From the NCBI GenBank assembly GCA_030840545.1, contig JAVEEH010000146.1, positions 1 through 38,457 on the forward strand: 38,457 nucleotides of DNA, read 5' to 3'. Positions 18,097 through 25,968 of this stretch are shown here, piece by piece. The DNA comes from Frankiaceae bacterium (GTDB lineage: Bacteria; Actinomycetota; Actinomycetes; JAFAQI01). Numbering within the stretch: position 1 is the first letter of the stretch; every line of letters starts with the position of its first letter. Position numbers and translations under genes: made by a program. The notes under the pieces are model-generated. The model made no database searches, had not been told where the DNA came from, and worked only from the letters and a program-made list of their open reading frames with translations.

Positions 18097-19275
18097 GTGC
18101 CAGCACCACAGAACTACCTGGCCGTCATCAAGGTCGTGGGGATCGGGGGCGGCGGCGTCAACGCCGTCAACCGCATGATCGAGGTAGGCCTCAAGGGCGT
18201 CGAGTTCATCGCGGTGAACACCGACGCCCAGGCGCTGCTGATGAGCGACGCCGACGTCAAGCTCGACGTCGGCCGCGAGCTGACCCGCGGGCTGGGCGCG
18301 GGCGCCGATCCCGAGATCGGCCGGCAGGCCGCGGAGGACCACGCCGAGGAGATCGAGGAGGTCCTCAAGGGGGCCGACATGGTCTTCGTCACCGCCGGTG
18401 AAGGCGGCGGCACCGGCACCGGGGGCGCGCCCGTCGTGGCGCGCATCGCCCGTGCGATCGGTGCGCTCACGATCGGGGTCGTCACCCGGCCGTTCTCCTT
18501 CGAGGGCAAGCGGCGGGCCGGGCAGGCAGAGGTCGGCATCGCCGGTCTGCGCGACGAGGTCGACACCCTGATCGTCATCCCCAACGACCGGCTGCTGTCC
18601 ATCAGCGACCGCCAGGTCAGCGTGCTCGACGCGTTCCACTCCGCCGACCAGGTGCTGCTCTCCGGCGTGCAGGGGATCACCGACCTCATCACCACCCCGG
18701 GACTGATCAACCTCGACTTCGCCGACGTCAAGGCCGTCATGTCCGGCGCGGGCTCGGCGCTGATGGGCATCGGGTCGGCCCGTGGTGATGACCGCGCGGT
18801 CGTCGCCGCAGAGATGGCGATCTCGAGCCCACTGCTCGAGGCATCGATCGACGGTGCCCACGGTGTGCTGATGAACATCTCCGGTGGCAGCGACCTCGGC
18901 CTGTTCGAGATCAACGAAGCGGCCCAGCTCGTCGCCGATGCCGCGCACGCCGAGGCCAACATCATCTTCGGCGCGGTCATCGACGACGCGCTCGGCGACG
19001 AGGTGCGGGTCACCGTCATCGCCGCCGGCTTCGACGGAGGTGCGCCGCGGGCGCGGGCCTACGAGGCCCGGCGCGCCCAGGTGCGCGAGCCGCAGGCAGC
19101 AGCGCCCGACGAGGACTACGAAGACGAGACCGTCGACCTCGTCGCGGCCGAGGAGCACGTGCCTGCGCGCACACCGGAGCCGGCCCGCGCCGTGACGACG
19201 CGACCGCAGCCGCCGCGGCGCACGATCGTGTTCGAGGACAACGACGAGCTCGACGTCCCCGACTTCCTGAAATAG
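18097..19275 (+). CDS. ftsZ: Tubulin-like division GTPase FtsZ
   Basis: (M)[28 protein letters not shown], the tubulin signature [13 protein letters not shown] and the C-terminal peptide [10 protein letters not shown] are all present. The start is GTG 18097, with GAAGGG 8 nt upstream. The 55 upstream in-frame codons of the track ORF use rare codons. Confidence 0.95.
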   Translation: MPAPQNYLAVIKVVGIGGGGVNAVNRMIEVGLKGVEFIAVNTDAQALLMSDADVKLDVGRELTRGLGAGADPEIGRQAAEDHAEEIEEVLKGADMVFVTAGEGGGTGTGGAPVVARIARAIGALTIGVVTRPFSFEGKRRAGQAEVGIAGLRDEVDTLIVIPNDRLLSISDRQVSVLDAFHSADQVLLSGVQGITDLITTPGLINLDFADVKAVMSGAGSALMGIGSARGDDRAVVAAEMAISSPLLEASIDGAHGVLMNISGGSDLGLFEINEAAQLVADAAHAEANIIFGAVIDDALGDEVRVTVIAAGFDGGAPRARAYEARRAQVREPQAAAPDEDYEDETVDLVAAEEHVPARTPEPARAVTTRPQPPRRTIVFEDNDELDVPDFLK

Positions 19276-19278
19276 CGG

Positions 19279-19965
19279 GTGGCGTCCCGCGGGACATTCA
19301 CCACGCGGCTCGGGGGCGTCAGTGTGGTGCCCTACGCCGAGAACAACCTCGGTCACCACGTGGGCGACGACCCGCACGCCGTCGACGCAAATCGGGCGGC
19401 CTCGGTCGGCGCCATGCATGCCGATCGAGCCGTCTTCATGCGCCAGGTGCACGGCAGTGACGTGGCATTCGTCGACGCCCGCACCCTCGGTGACATCGAC
19501 GGCGTGGATGCGCTGGTCACCGACGTCCCCGGCGTCGCCCTCGGCGTGCTCGTCGCGGACTGCGTGCCCGTCATCTTGCAGGCCCAACGCGCGGTAGGTG
19601 TCGCACACGCCGGCCGTCGCGGCGTGCGCGACGGAGTGGTCGGTCGTGCCGTGGCGGCCCTGCGACAGCTCGACGACGGACCGCTGACCGCGCAGGTGGG
19701 GCCGGCGATCTGCGGTGCGTGCTACGAGGTGCCGGGACCGCTGCAGGACGAGGTGGCCGGCGCCGTCCCGGCGACACGGTCCACGACGTCGAAGGGCACC
19801 ACGGGGCTGGACCTTCGCGCGGGGGTCGTCGCGCAGCTGCGGGCTGCCGGCGTGCTGGACATCAGGCACCACCTCGCCTGTACGGCGGAGGACCCCGCCT
19901 ACTACTCCTACCGGCGCGACGGGGTCACCGGCCGGTTCGCCGGGATCGTCGTCCTGGACCCGTGA
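19279..19965 (+). CDS. pgeF: PgeF/YfiH (DUF152, laccase-domain) protein
   Basis: RQVHGSDV, VADCVPV and VAHAGRRG form the His-Cys-His triad context. It is in the conserved position directly after ftsZ. Confidence 0.85.
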   Translation: MASRGTFTTRLGGVSVVPYAENNLGHHVGDDPHAVDANRAASVGAMHADRAVFMRQVHGSDVAFVDARTLGDIDGVDALVTDVPGVALGVLVADCVPVILQAQRAVGVAHAGRRGVRDGVVGRAVAALRQLDDGPLTAQVGPAICGACYEVPGPLQDEVAGAVPATRSTTSKGTTGLDLRAGVVAQLRAAGVLDIRHHLACTAEDPAYYSYRRDGVTGRFAGIVVLDP

Positions 19966-20669
19966 CCGAGCCGAGGCGGACCGAGCTGCGTGCCAACCTC
20001 GCGACCGTCCGGCACCGCATCGAGGTTGCCTGCGCCGCGGCGGGTCGGGACCCGCACGGCGTCTCCCTCGTCGCGGTGACGAAGACCTGGCCGGCGTCGG
20101 ATGTGCGGCTGCTGGCGGAGCTCGGGGTGACCGACGTCGGCGAGAACCGCGACCAGGAGGCCCGTCCCAAGCACGTCGCGTGCGCCGACCTGGGGCTGCG
20201 GTGGCACTTCGTCGGCCGGCTGCAGCGGAACAAGAGCGGCTCGGTCGCGACCTATGCCGACGTCGTCCACTCCGTGGACCGGCAGCCGCTCGTGACGGCC
20301 CTCGACCGGGCGGCCGGTGACGCCGGTCGGGTCGTCACCGCGCTCATTCAGGTCAGCCTCGACGCCACCGCAGGCCCGGCGCGCGGCGGCGCGCGGCCCG
20401 ACCTGGTCGACGACCTCGCCGCCCAAGTTGCCGCCGCCGGCTCGCTGCGGCTGGGGGGCGTGATGGCCGTCGCCCCGCTCGACGCCGACCCGGACACCGC
20501 CTTCGCCCGGCTGGCCGAGGTCGCCGCCCGGCTGCGGGACAGCCACCCGGAGGCCGTGGCGATCTCGGCCGGGATGAGCGGGGACCTCGAGCCCGCCGTA
20601 CGGCACGGCGCGACACACCTGCGGATCGGTACGGCGTTGCTCGGCCACCGGGAGTCACCTGTCAGGTAA
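19962..20669 (+). CDS. yggS: YggS-family pyridoxal-phosphate homeostasis protein
   Basis: VAVTKTWPASDV...DVGENRDQE contains the PLP lysine context. GTG 19962 overlaps the pgeF TGA. It is the 3' part of track ORF 19719..20669. Confidence 0.85.
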   Translation: MTEPRRTELRANLATVRHRIEVACAAAGRDPHGVSLVAVTKTWPASDVRLLAELGVTDVGENRDQEARPKHVACADLGLRWHFVGRLQRNKSGSVATYADVVHSVDRQPLVTALDRAAGDAGRVVTALIQVSLDATAGPARGGARPDLVDDLAAQVAAAGSLRLGGVMAVAPLDADPDTAFARLAEVAARLRDSHPEAVAISAGMSGDLEPAVRHGATHLRIGTALLGHRESPVR

Positions 20670-20679
20670 TGTCCGCGGC

Positions 20680-21174
20680 ATGGCTGGGGCGATGCGCAAG
20701 ATGGCCGTCTACCTCGGACTCGTGGAGGACGAGGAGCATGACGGTTACGACGAAGAGGGTTACGACGAGCCGGCGCCGAGCGCCGTTCGTCGCACTGACG
20801 CGCCGGCGCAGCTGCGGGTGACCCGGGCCGACGAGACCGTCAACGCCGTCAGCTATCCGCCACCACCTCGGCGCGCCGCGGTCGAGGCGGTGGATCCCTA
20901 CCGCATCACGACCCTCCACCCGCGCACCTACAACGAGGCGCGCACCATCGGTGAACACTTCCGCGAGGGCATCCCCGTCATCATGAACCTCACCGACATG
21001 GACGTCTCCGACGCCAAGCGCCTGGTCGACTTCTCCGCCGGGCTCGTCTTCGGAATGCACGGCAGCATCGAGCGGGTCACCAACAAGGTCTTCCTGCTCA
21101 CCCCCGCCAACGTCGAGATCACGGCAGAGGACAAGTCGATGATCGCCGAGGGCGGCTTCTTCAACCAGAGCTGA
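20680..21174 (+). CDS. sepF: FtsZ-anchoring protein SepF
   Basis: MAGAMRKMAVYLGLVEDEE is the membrane-binding helix. The conserved C-terminal domain reads ITTLHPRTYNEARTIGEHFREGIPVIMNL. Confidence 0.9.
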   Translation: MAGAMRKMAVYLGLVEDEEHDGYDEEGYDEPAPSAVRRTDAPAQLRVTRADETVNAVSYPPPPRRAAVEAVDPYRITTLHPRTYNEARTIGEHFREGIPVIMNLTDMDVSDAKRLVDFSAGLVFGMHGSIERVTNKVFLLTPANVEITAEDKSMIAEGGFFNQS

Positions 21175-21176
21175 CC

Positions 21177-21464
21177 GTGACGATCCTCGCGACCGTCGCC
21201 CTCTACATCCTCTGGGTGTTCGTCGGGCTGATGTTCCTGCGGCTCATCGTCGACTGGACGATGATGTTCGCGCGCAACTGGCGTCCGTCCGGGGCGCTCG
21301 CCGCCGTGCTCGAGGTGGCCTACTCCGTCACCGACCCTCCGCTGCGTGCATTGCGTCGCGTCATCCCCCCGCTGCGACTAGGGTCGTTTGCGGTGGACCT
21401 GGCCTTCATCGTGGTCTTCATCGCTGCCTATGCGCTGATCTCCGTCGTGTCGAACTACACCTAG
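21177..21464 (+). CDS. yggT: YggT-family small membrane protein
   Basis: It is 95 aa with two TM helices and carries LRLIVDW...TDPPLRALRRVIPP. It lies between sepF and divIVA. Confidence 0.8.
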   Translation: MTILATVALYILWVFVGLMFLRLIVDWTMMFARNWRPSGALAAVLEVAYSVTDPPLRALRRVIPPLRLGSFAVDLAFIVVFIAAYALISVVSNYT

Positions 21465-21480
21465 AGCCTGAGGTGACCTG

Positions 21481-22257
21481 ATGCCGCTCACTCCCGAGGA
21501 CGTGCAGAACAAACGGTTCCGCACTGTTCGCGGACCCTTCAAGGAGGGGTACGACGAGGAAGAGGTCGACGCCTTCCTCGACGAGGTCGAGGCCGAGCTG
21601 CGTCGCCTCCTCGCCGAGGGCGAGACCGGACCGGCACCTGTCGCCGCTGCTGCGCCCGCCCCACCACCCGTTGCCGCACCTCCCGCCGAAGAGCCCAACG
21701 AAGCCGCCCTGCGCACCCTCTTGCTCGCCCAGCGCACCGCCGACGAAGCGATCGCGCAGGCCAAGGCGGAGGCTGACCAGGTCGTGGCGCAGGCCCGGGT
21801 GCGCGCCTCCTCGATCGAGTCCGAGGCGCAGCAGTCGCACGCCGCGGCGATGGCCGAGCTGCAACGTCAGCGGAGCCTGCTCGAGCGCCAGATCGACGAG
21901 CTGCGCGGGTTCGAGCGGGAGTACCGCACCCGCCTCAAGGCCTACCTGGAGAGCCAGCTGCACGACCTCGAGAGCCGCACCGTGGCGCCACCGGCTCCGG
22001 CGGCGGGCCGCCCGGCCGCCGCTGCGCCGACGGCTGCTCCCGCCGCTGCGCCGGTCCCGCCCGGACCGGCCGCCATGCCGCCGACCCCGCCGCTCGCACC
22101 CACCCCGGCCCAACCCGCCCCGCAAGGTCCGGCGAGCCCGTTCGCGCCGGCGCCCAGGCTGGTGGAGGACGTCGACGCCGGCAGCGACACCCCGCTCGGC
22201 CCGCCGCGCGAAGCCGGCGAGGACGGGGACGTGGAGACCGGCCCCGGTACCGCCTGA
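21481..22257 (+). CDS. divIVA: Polar growth/division scaffold DivIVA (Wag31)
   Basis: MPLTPEDVQNKRFRTVRGPFKEGYDEEEVDAFLDEV is the DivIVA N-terminal domain, followed by coiled coils and a Pro/Ala-rich tail. The SD GAGGTGA lies before ATG 21481. Confidence 0.9.
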   Translation: MPLTPEDVQNKRFRTVRGPFKEGYDEEEVDAFLDEVEAELRRLLAEGETGPAPVAAAAPAPPPVAAPPAEEPNEAALRTLLLAQRTADEAIAQAKAEADQVVAQARVRASSIESEAQQSHAAAMAELQRQRSLLERQIDELRGFEREYRTRLKAYLESQLHDLESRTVAPPAPAAGRPAAAAPTAAPAAAPVPPGPAAMPPTPPLAPTPAQPAPQGPASPFAPAPRLVEDVDAGSDTPLGPPREAGEDGDVETGPGTA

Positions 22258-22357
22258 CAACGCCCGTGGCGCGCCGAGGGGTACGGGTGCCGCCGCCACG
22301 CGGCCCGCTCGAATCGCTAGGCTCTCCCGCGCACGCTGACCATCAGCGCGAAATCGA

Positions 22358-22996
22358 ATGGGAGTCGACGACGTGATCGTCATCAGCGGAGTTCTGCTGC
22401 TCGTTGCCGTGGTGTTCCTCGTCATCGGGCTTTTCGGCTCACTCGGGTGGGTCTATGCCTCCATCGGCGTGAGCGTCGCATCGTTCCTGTTCCTGCTCAT
22501 CGGAGTCCGGCAGCGCCGCGAGGAACCGGCCGATGCGGCCGCGCCCGCGGTCGGCGCCGTTCCCGCCGCGGGGCCGGCCGCCGCGCCGAGCGACATCGTC
22601 GTCGTACCGACCAAGTCGGCCGCAACGACATCTGCACCGGTCGCGGCAGCGGAGGAGTCGGCCGCTGCGTCGACCACGACGTTGCGTCGTCCACCGGCGA
22701 AGAAGGCGGACACGTCGTCGAGCCCGGCCAAGAAGGCAGCGCCGGCGAAGACGTCCGCAGCCAAGGCGCCGGTCAAGGCGGCGGCGAAGAAGACCTCGAT
22801 GTCACCGGTCGGCAGCATCGCGCCGGCGAAGCGGACCGCTGCGAAGAAGACGGCAGCGACGAAGACGGCCGCCTCGACGACCGCCAAGAAGGCTGCGCCG
22901 GCCAAGAAGACGACGGCGAAGACGGCGGCGAGCAAGACCACGACCAAGAAGACGACGGCCAAGAAGGCGACGCCGCGCAAGACCTCCGGTCGCTGA
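22358..22996 (+). CDS. Membrane protein (two N-terminal TM helices) with Lys/Ala/Thr-rich histone-H1-like C-terminal tail
   Basis: TM1 is VIVISGVLLLVAVVFLVIGLF and TM2 is LGWVYASIGVSVASFLFLLIGV. An Ala/Pro linker follows, then about 100 aa of [10 protein letters not shown]-type repeats. GC3-rich codons support the frame. I recognise no enzymatic motif. Confidence 0.7.
   Translation: MGVDDVIVISGVLLLVAVVFLVIGLFGSLGWVYASIGVSVASFLFLLIGVRQRREEPADAAAPAVGAVPAAGPAAAPSDIVVVPTKSAATTSAPVAAAEESAAASTTTLRRPPAKKADTSSSPAKKAAPAKTSAAKAPVKAAAKKTSMSPVGSIAPAKRTAAKKTAATKTAASTTAKKAAPAKKTTAKTAASKTTTKKTTAKKATPRKTSGR
22685..22993 (+). repeat. Degenerate in-frame Lys/Ala/Thr coding repeats (AAGAAG/GCC-rich)
   Basis: The encoded sequence is PAKKADTSSSPAKKAAPAKTSAAKAPVKAAAKK...TAKKAAPAKKTTAKTAASKTTTKKTTAKKATPRK. 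The period is irregular, so this is low-complexity sequence rather than exact tandem repeats. Confidence 0.6.
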
Positions 22997-22997
22997 C

Positions 22998-23456
22998 CTA
23001 GTCGCGGCGGCGGAACGGGTCGCGCACCGGCGGGGCCGGCAGCGTGACCCGGTCACCCTCGATCGACAGGCCGGTGAGGGCGAGGACCCGGGCGAGAACG
23101 GTGGTGGTGGTCTCGCCGCGGGCCACGCCGTCGTGCGTCACCATCGCGCGGTAGATCATGGCCCAGTGCTTGGCCGGCGTGTCGTAGGTCCAGTCGATCG
23201 AGCCGAGATGGACGGCGGAGCCCTTGCCGCCGCCCGGCCCGTCGAACGGACCACTCCACACCTGGATGCCCGCCGGCCCCGCTGCGAAGCAGCCCCCTAC
23301 GCCGACGTCCTCGCGCGCCGCTGCGTCGAGCAGCGCGCGAGCCTGCCGTTCCGGCAGCACCAGTGCCGGGCGCACCTGGCTGGTCAGCGCCGGTACGGCG
23401 ATCGCATCCGTGTTCAGACGCAGGTGCACCGGCTGGGCCAGCAGAGTCAACGCCAC
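22998..23456 (-). CDS. Hypothetical cytoplasmic protein, 152 aa, family not recognised
   Basis: The frame is GC3-rich. A strong SD AGGAGG (about 23467..23462) lies 5 nt before GTG 23456, so I prefer this start to the track ATG 23483. I recognised no motif. Confidence 0.6.
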   Translation of the reverse strand: MALTLLAQPVHLRLNTDAIAVPALTSQVRPALVLPERQARALLDAAAREDVGVGGCFAAGPAGIQVWSGPFDGPGGGKGSAVHLGSIDWTYDTPAKHWAMIYRAMVTHDGVARGETTTTVLARVLALTGLSIEGDRVTLPAPPVRDPFRRRD

Positions 23457-23522
23457 GACTACCTCCTGATGGAGCGCCCGCATTGCCGCCGTTCGGAGTA
23501 ACGGATGCGCAGGCAGTTAGAG

Positions 23523-23546
23523 CATCGGCACGGCCGAATGCCGATG
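23523..23546. other. Perfect 8-bp hairpin CATCGGCA-N8-TGCCGATG
   Basis: It lies 44 nt downstream of the amine oxidase stop (minus strand). On the + strand it is followed by TGTTTA. It is a possible terminator or insulator between the oxidase gene and the 152-aa gene. Confidence 0.35.
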
Positions 23547-23589
23547 TGTTTACGCCGAGCGGGTGATCGTTTGCCGGCGGGGGCGAGCG

Positions 23590-25083
23590 TCAGCCGGCCG
23601 GGGGAGGGCCGAGCTCGCGGGCGACCCGGTGGCCGCTGCGCACCGCGCTTTCCATGTAGCCGGCGACCGATTCGGTGTGCTCGCCGGCGAAGCGGACCCG
23701 GCCGGTGCCGGAGCGGAGCACCGGCCAGAAGGGCACCATCTGGCCGGGCCGGAACACCGCATAACCGCCGCCGGTGTAACGCTCGTGCGCCCACACCATC
23801 GTGGCCACATGTTCGGTGAGCAGTGGCCGGCCCTCGGGATAGACGAGGTCGAGCTCGTGCTGGTAGCGGCTGCGGCGGCCACGCTCGCTCAGACCGGCGG
23901 CGCGCCGGGCGGCGTTGCCGGTGATGAAGGCGGTGAGGATGCCGCCGCGCGGGTTGTGCTGGGAGTCCGTCGCCGCCCAACCGACGCTGAACGGCAGGTC
24001 GGTCAGTGTGAACCCGGACGATCCTTCCGCGAGCCAGAACGGCGCGGTGTACTCGCGGATCATCTTGGCCGCGTGGCCGAGGTCGAGCCCATGGATGACC
24101 GCCTCCACCGACGGCGGCAGGGCGGGGCTGAAGCGGACCCGGCGCATCGGCATCAGTGGCGCGGCCACGACAAGCCACGCGGCGTCGGTGACCTGGCCCC
24201 GATGGTGGACCCGGAGTCCGGTGCCGTGCTGGTCGATCCGCGTGACGGGCTGGTTGGTGCGGACGATGGATCCGAGGGCGTGTGCCATCGCCTCGGGCAG
24301 TCGGCTGTTGCCACCCGCGACCCGCATCGTCTCGGCACCCGTGAGGCCGAGGCCGCCCAGGCCGCCGGAGCCTGCCGCCGACTGCTGCGCGACGAACAGC
24401 AGGGAGATGTCGGCGAGCTCGGCGTTGTACTCCGCCTTGTTCTGCAGGCGGACCAGGAACTCGGCTTCCGGCACGAGGTGCTGGGCGGTGACGAAGTCCT
24501 CGAGCGAGCGGCGGTCGAGGCGCTCGGCGTGGGCGGCGCGTTCGGGATGGTCGGGGTCGACGCCGTTGCCGAGTGCGGACAGGGCGTTGTCGAAGCGGAG
24601 GTAGTCGCGCAGGACCTGACCGCCGCGTTGCGCCGCGAACGCGGCGACCGGCAGTCGCTTGCCCTGGTAGTAGACGCGGCTGTCGTAGGGCTTCTGCGGC
24701 GGTCGCTCATCCGTGTGCAGGCCGAAACGCTTGAGCATCGCCTGGATGCGGTCGTGACTGTCGTCGATCGACTCGCCACCGGCCTCGGCGTGCAGTCCGG
24801 TCGTGAACGGTGCGTAGAGCGTGTGGACCCGCCCGCCGACCCGGTCGCGCGCCTCGAGCACCGTCACGTCCCAGCCGGCGTCGCGCAGGTCGAGCGCAGC
24901 CGTCAGACCGGCGAGACCGGCGCCGACGACGACGACGCGTCGGCGTGAGCCGGGGTGCGGTCTGGGCGTCGTACGGATCGGGGGTGTGCCCCAGGCCGGG
25001 ACGGCAGCGACCACGGCGGCACCGGCCGCCGCGCCGAGGAACGCGCGCCGGCTCGCGGTGGCACCGCTGAGCCCAGCCGTCAC
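23590..25083 (-). CDS. Flavin-containing amine oxidase (MAO/L-amino-acid oxidase family) with twin-arginine signal peptide
   Basis: The Tat motif is SRRAFLGAAAGAAVVAAVPAWG. FAD-binding sequences are VVVVGAGLAGLTAALDL and LEARDRVGGRV. The C-terminus ...RFAGEHTES... is typical of the family. The start is GTG. Confidence 0.85.
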   Translation of the reverse strand: MTAGLSGATASRRAFLGAAAGAAVVAAVPAWGTPPIRTTPRPHPGSRRRVVVVGAGLAGLTAALDLRDAGWDVTVLEARDRVGGRVHTLYAPFTTGLHAEAGGESIDDSHDRIQAMLKRFGLHTDERPPQKPYDSRVYYQGKRLPVAAFAAQRGGQVLRDYLRFDNALSALGNGVDPDHPERAAHAERLDRRSLEDFVTAQHLVPEAEFLVRLQNKAEYNAELADISLLFVAQQSAAGSGGLGGLGLTGAETMRVAGGNSRLPEAMAHALGSIVRTNQPVTRIDQHGTGLRVHHRGQVTDAAWLVVAAPLMPMRRVRFSPALPPSVEAVIHGLDLGHAAKMIREYTAPFWLAEGSSGFTLTDLPFSVGWAATDSQHNPRGGILTAFITGNAARRAAGLSERGRRSRYQHELDLVYPEGRPLLTEHVATMVWAHERYTGGGYAVFRPGQMVPFWPVLRSGTGRVRFAGEHTESVAGYMESAVRSGHRVARELGPPPAG

Positions 25084-25156
25084 CCATGAGGTATTCGGGA
25101 CTGCACCGTCCGATCCCTGTCGCCGCTCCTCGCCATCCGGGTCCGAGGTTCGGTGG

Positions 25157-25924
25157 CTAGACCTGCTGCCCGCTGTACATCAGCGACCCGGGGGTGGTGA
25201 GGAGCTCGCCGGACTCGAGCCACGTCTTCAGCCCGGACAGGATCATCGGCCAGCCGCCGTACAGCTGGTCGTTGGCACCGTCGCGCAGCTGGTCGTGAAT
25301 GACGAGAAGCCGTACGGAGTCGGCACCGATCGGTTCGATGTCCCAGGTGACCCGTGACGCGCCCTCGGCCTTGACGTCATCGCCCCAGAGCGCCGTCATC
25401 GTGTGCACCAACCGCCGGGGCGGGTCGATCTCGAGGACCTCGCCCTCGCCGAGCAGACCGTCGGCGTGCGGCGACCCCATCTCGATCCGCGAACCGACGT
25501 TCCAGTCCGAGCTGACGGCTGCGCCGAAGTTGTACTTGGCGCGGATCTCGGGGTCGGTGATCGCCTCCCAGAGGCGCTCCGGCGTCGTGCGGATATAGAT
25601 CTCGAAGTCCTTCTCCATCGGACTCTCCAGTCGTGTCTTGAGGTCGCTGAGCCCGGCCACCCAGGGCTCGGCGTACTTGCTCACCCAACGGTCGTGGACG
25701 AGCCGGATCGGCACCGGATTGAGGAAGTGGAGCTTCTCCCGCCCACGCCGTCGGGTGACGACGAGGCCGGCCTCCTCGAGCTGCTTCAGGTGCTTCATCA
25801 CGCCGAAGCGCGTGATCGTGAAGCGCTGCTCGAGGGCTCCCAACGTCTGCCCGTCCGCGCGGAACAGCTCGTCGAGCAGCTGCCGCCGGGTCGGGTCGGC
25901 GAGGGCTTTGAACACCGCGTCCAC
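25157..25924 (-). CDS. ArsR-family HTH regulator fused to an SRPBCC (AHSA1-like) ligand-binding domain
   Basis: FKALADPTRRQLLDEL...ITRFGVMKHLKQLEEAGLV is an ArsR winged helix. The C-terminal approximately 150 aa (FEIYIRTTPERLWEAITDPE...) is SRPBCC-like. I set the start at GTG 25924. The upstream 71 codons of the track ORF overlap the ileS 3' end and are Arg/Gly-rich. Confidence 0.8.
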   Translation of the reverse strand: MDAVFKALADPTRRQLLDELFRADGQTLGALEQRFTITRFGVMKHLKQLEEAGLVVTRRRGREKLHFLNPVPIRLVHDRWVSKYAEPWVAGLSDLKTRLESPMEKDFEIYIRTTPERLWEAITDPEIRAKYNFGAAVSSDWNVGSRIEMGSPHADGLLGEGEVLEIDPPRRLVHTMTALWGDDVKAEGASRVTWDIEPIGADSVRLLVIHDQLRDGANDQLYGGWPMILSGLKTWLESGELLTTPGSLMYSGQQV

Positions 25925-25930
25925 GCCGGA

Positions 25931-25960
25931 ACCATAGGTGACCGTTCGGTCACATGTCAA
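25931..25960 (-). promoter_or_regulatory. Leaderless-type promoter (-35 TTGACA, 18-nt spacer, -10 TATGGT) with a palindromic operator GTGACCG-AA-CGGTCAC in the spacer
   Basis: On the minus strand, TTGACA is at 25960..25955 and TATGGT at 25936..25931. The perfect 7+7 inverted repeat spans 25938..25953. The -10 ends 6 nt before GTG 25924 and there is no SD. This fits a leaderless mRNA. Confidence 0.5.
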
Positions 25961-25968
25961 CGCGCCGG

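Noticed and set aside
17836-19872. 678-aa minus-strand ORF opposite ftsZ and pgeF
   Set aside because: It is antisense to FtsZ (GGGTGTG signature on the plus strand). It has no motifs and is a GC artefact.
22685-22993. Lys/Ala repeat tracts (also 29733..30431) as CRISPR arrays or non-coding tandem repeats
   Set aside because: The units are irregular in length and sequence, have no spacer-repeat alternation, and remain in a single open GC3-rich frame contiguous with clear protein domains.
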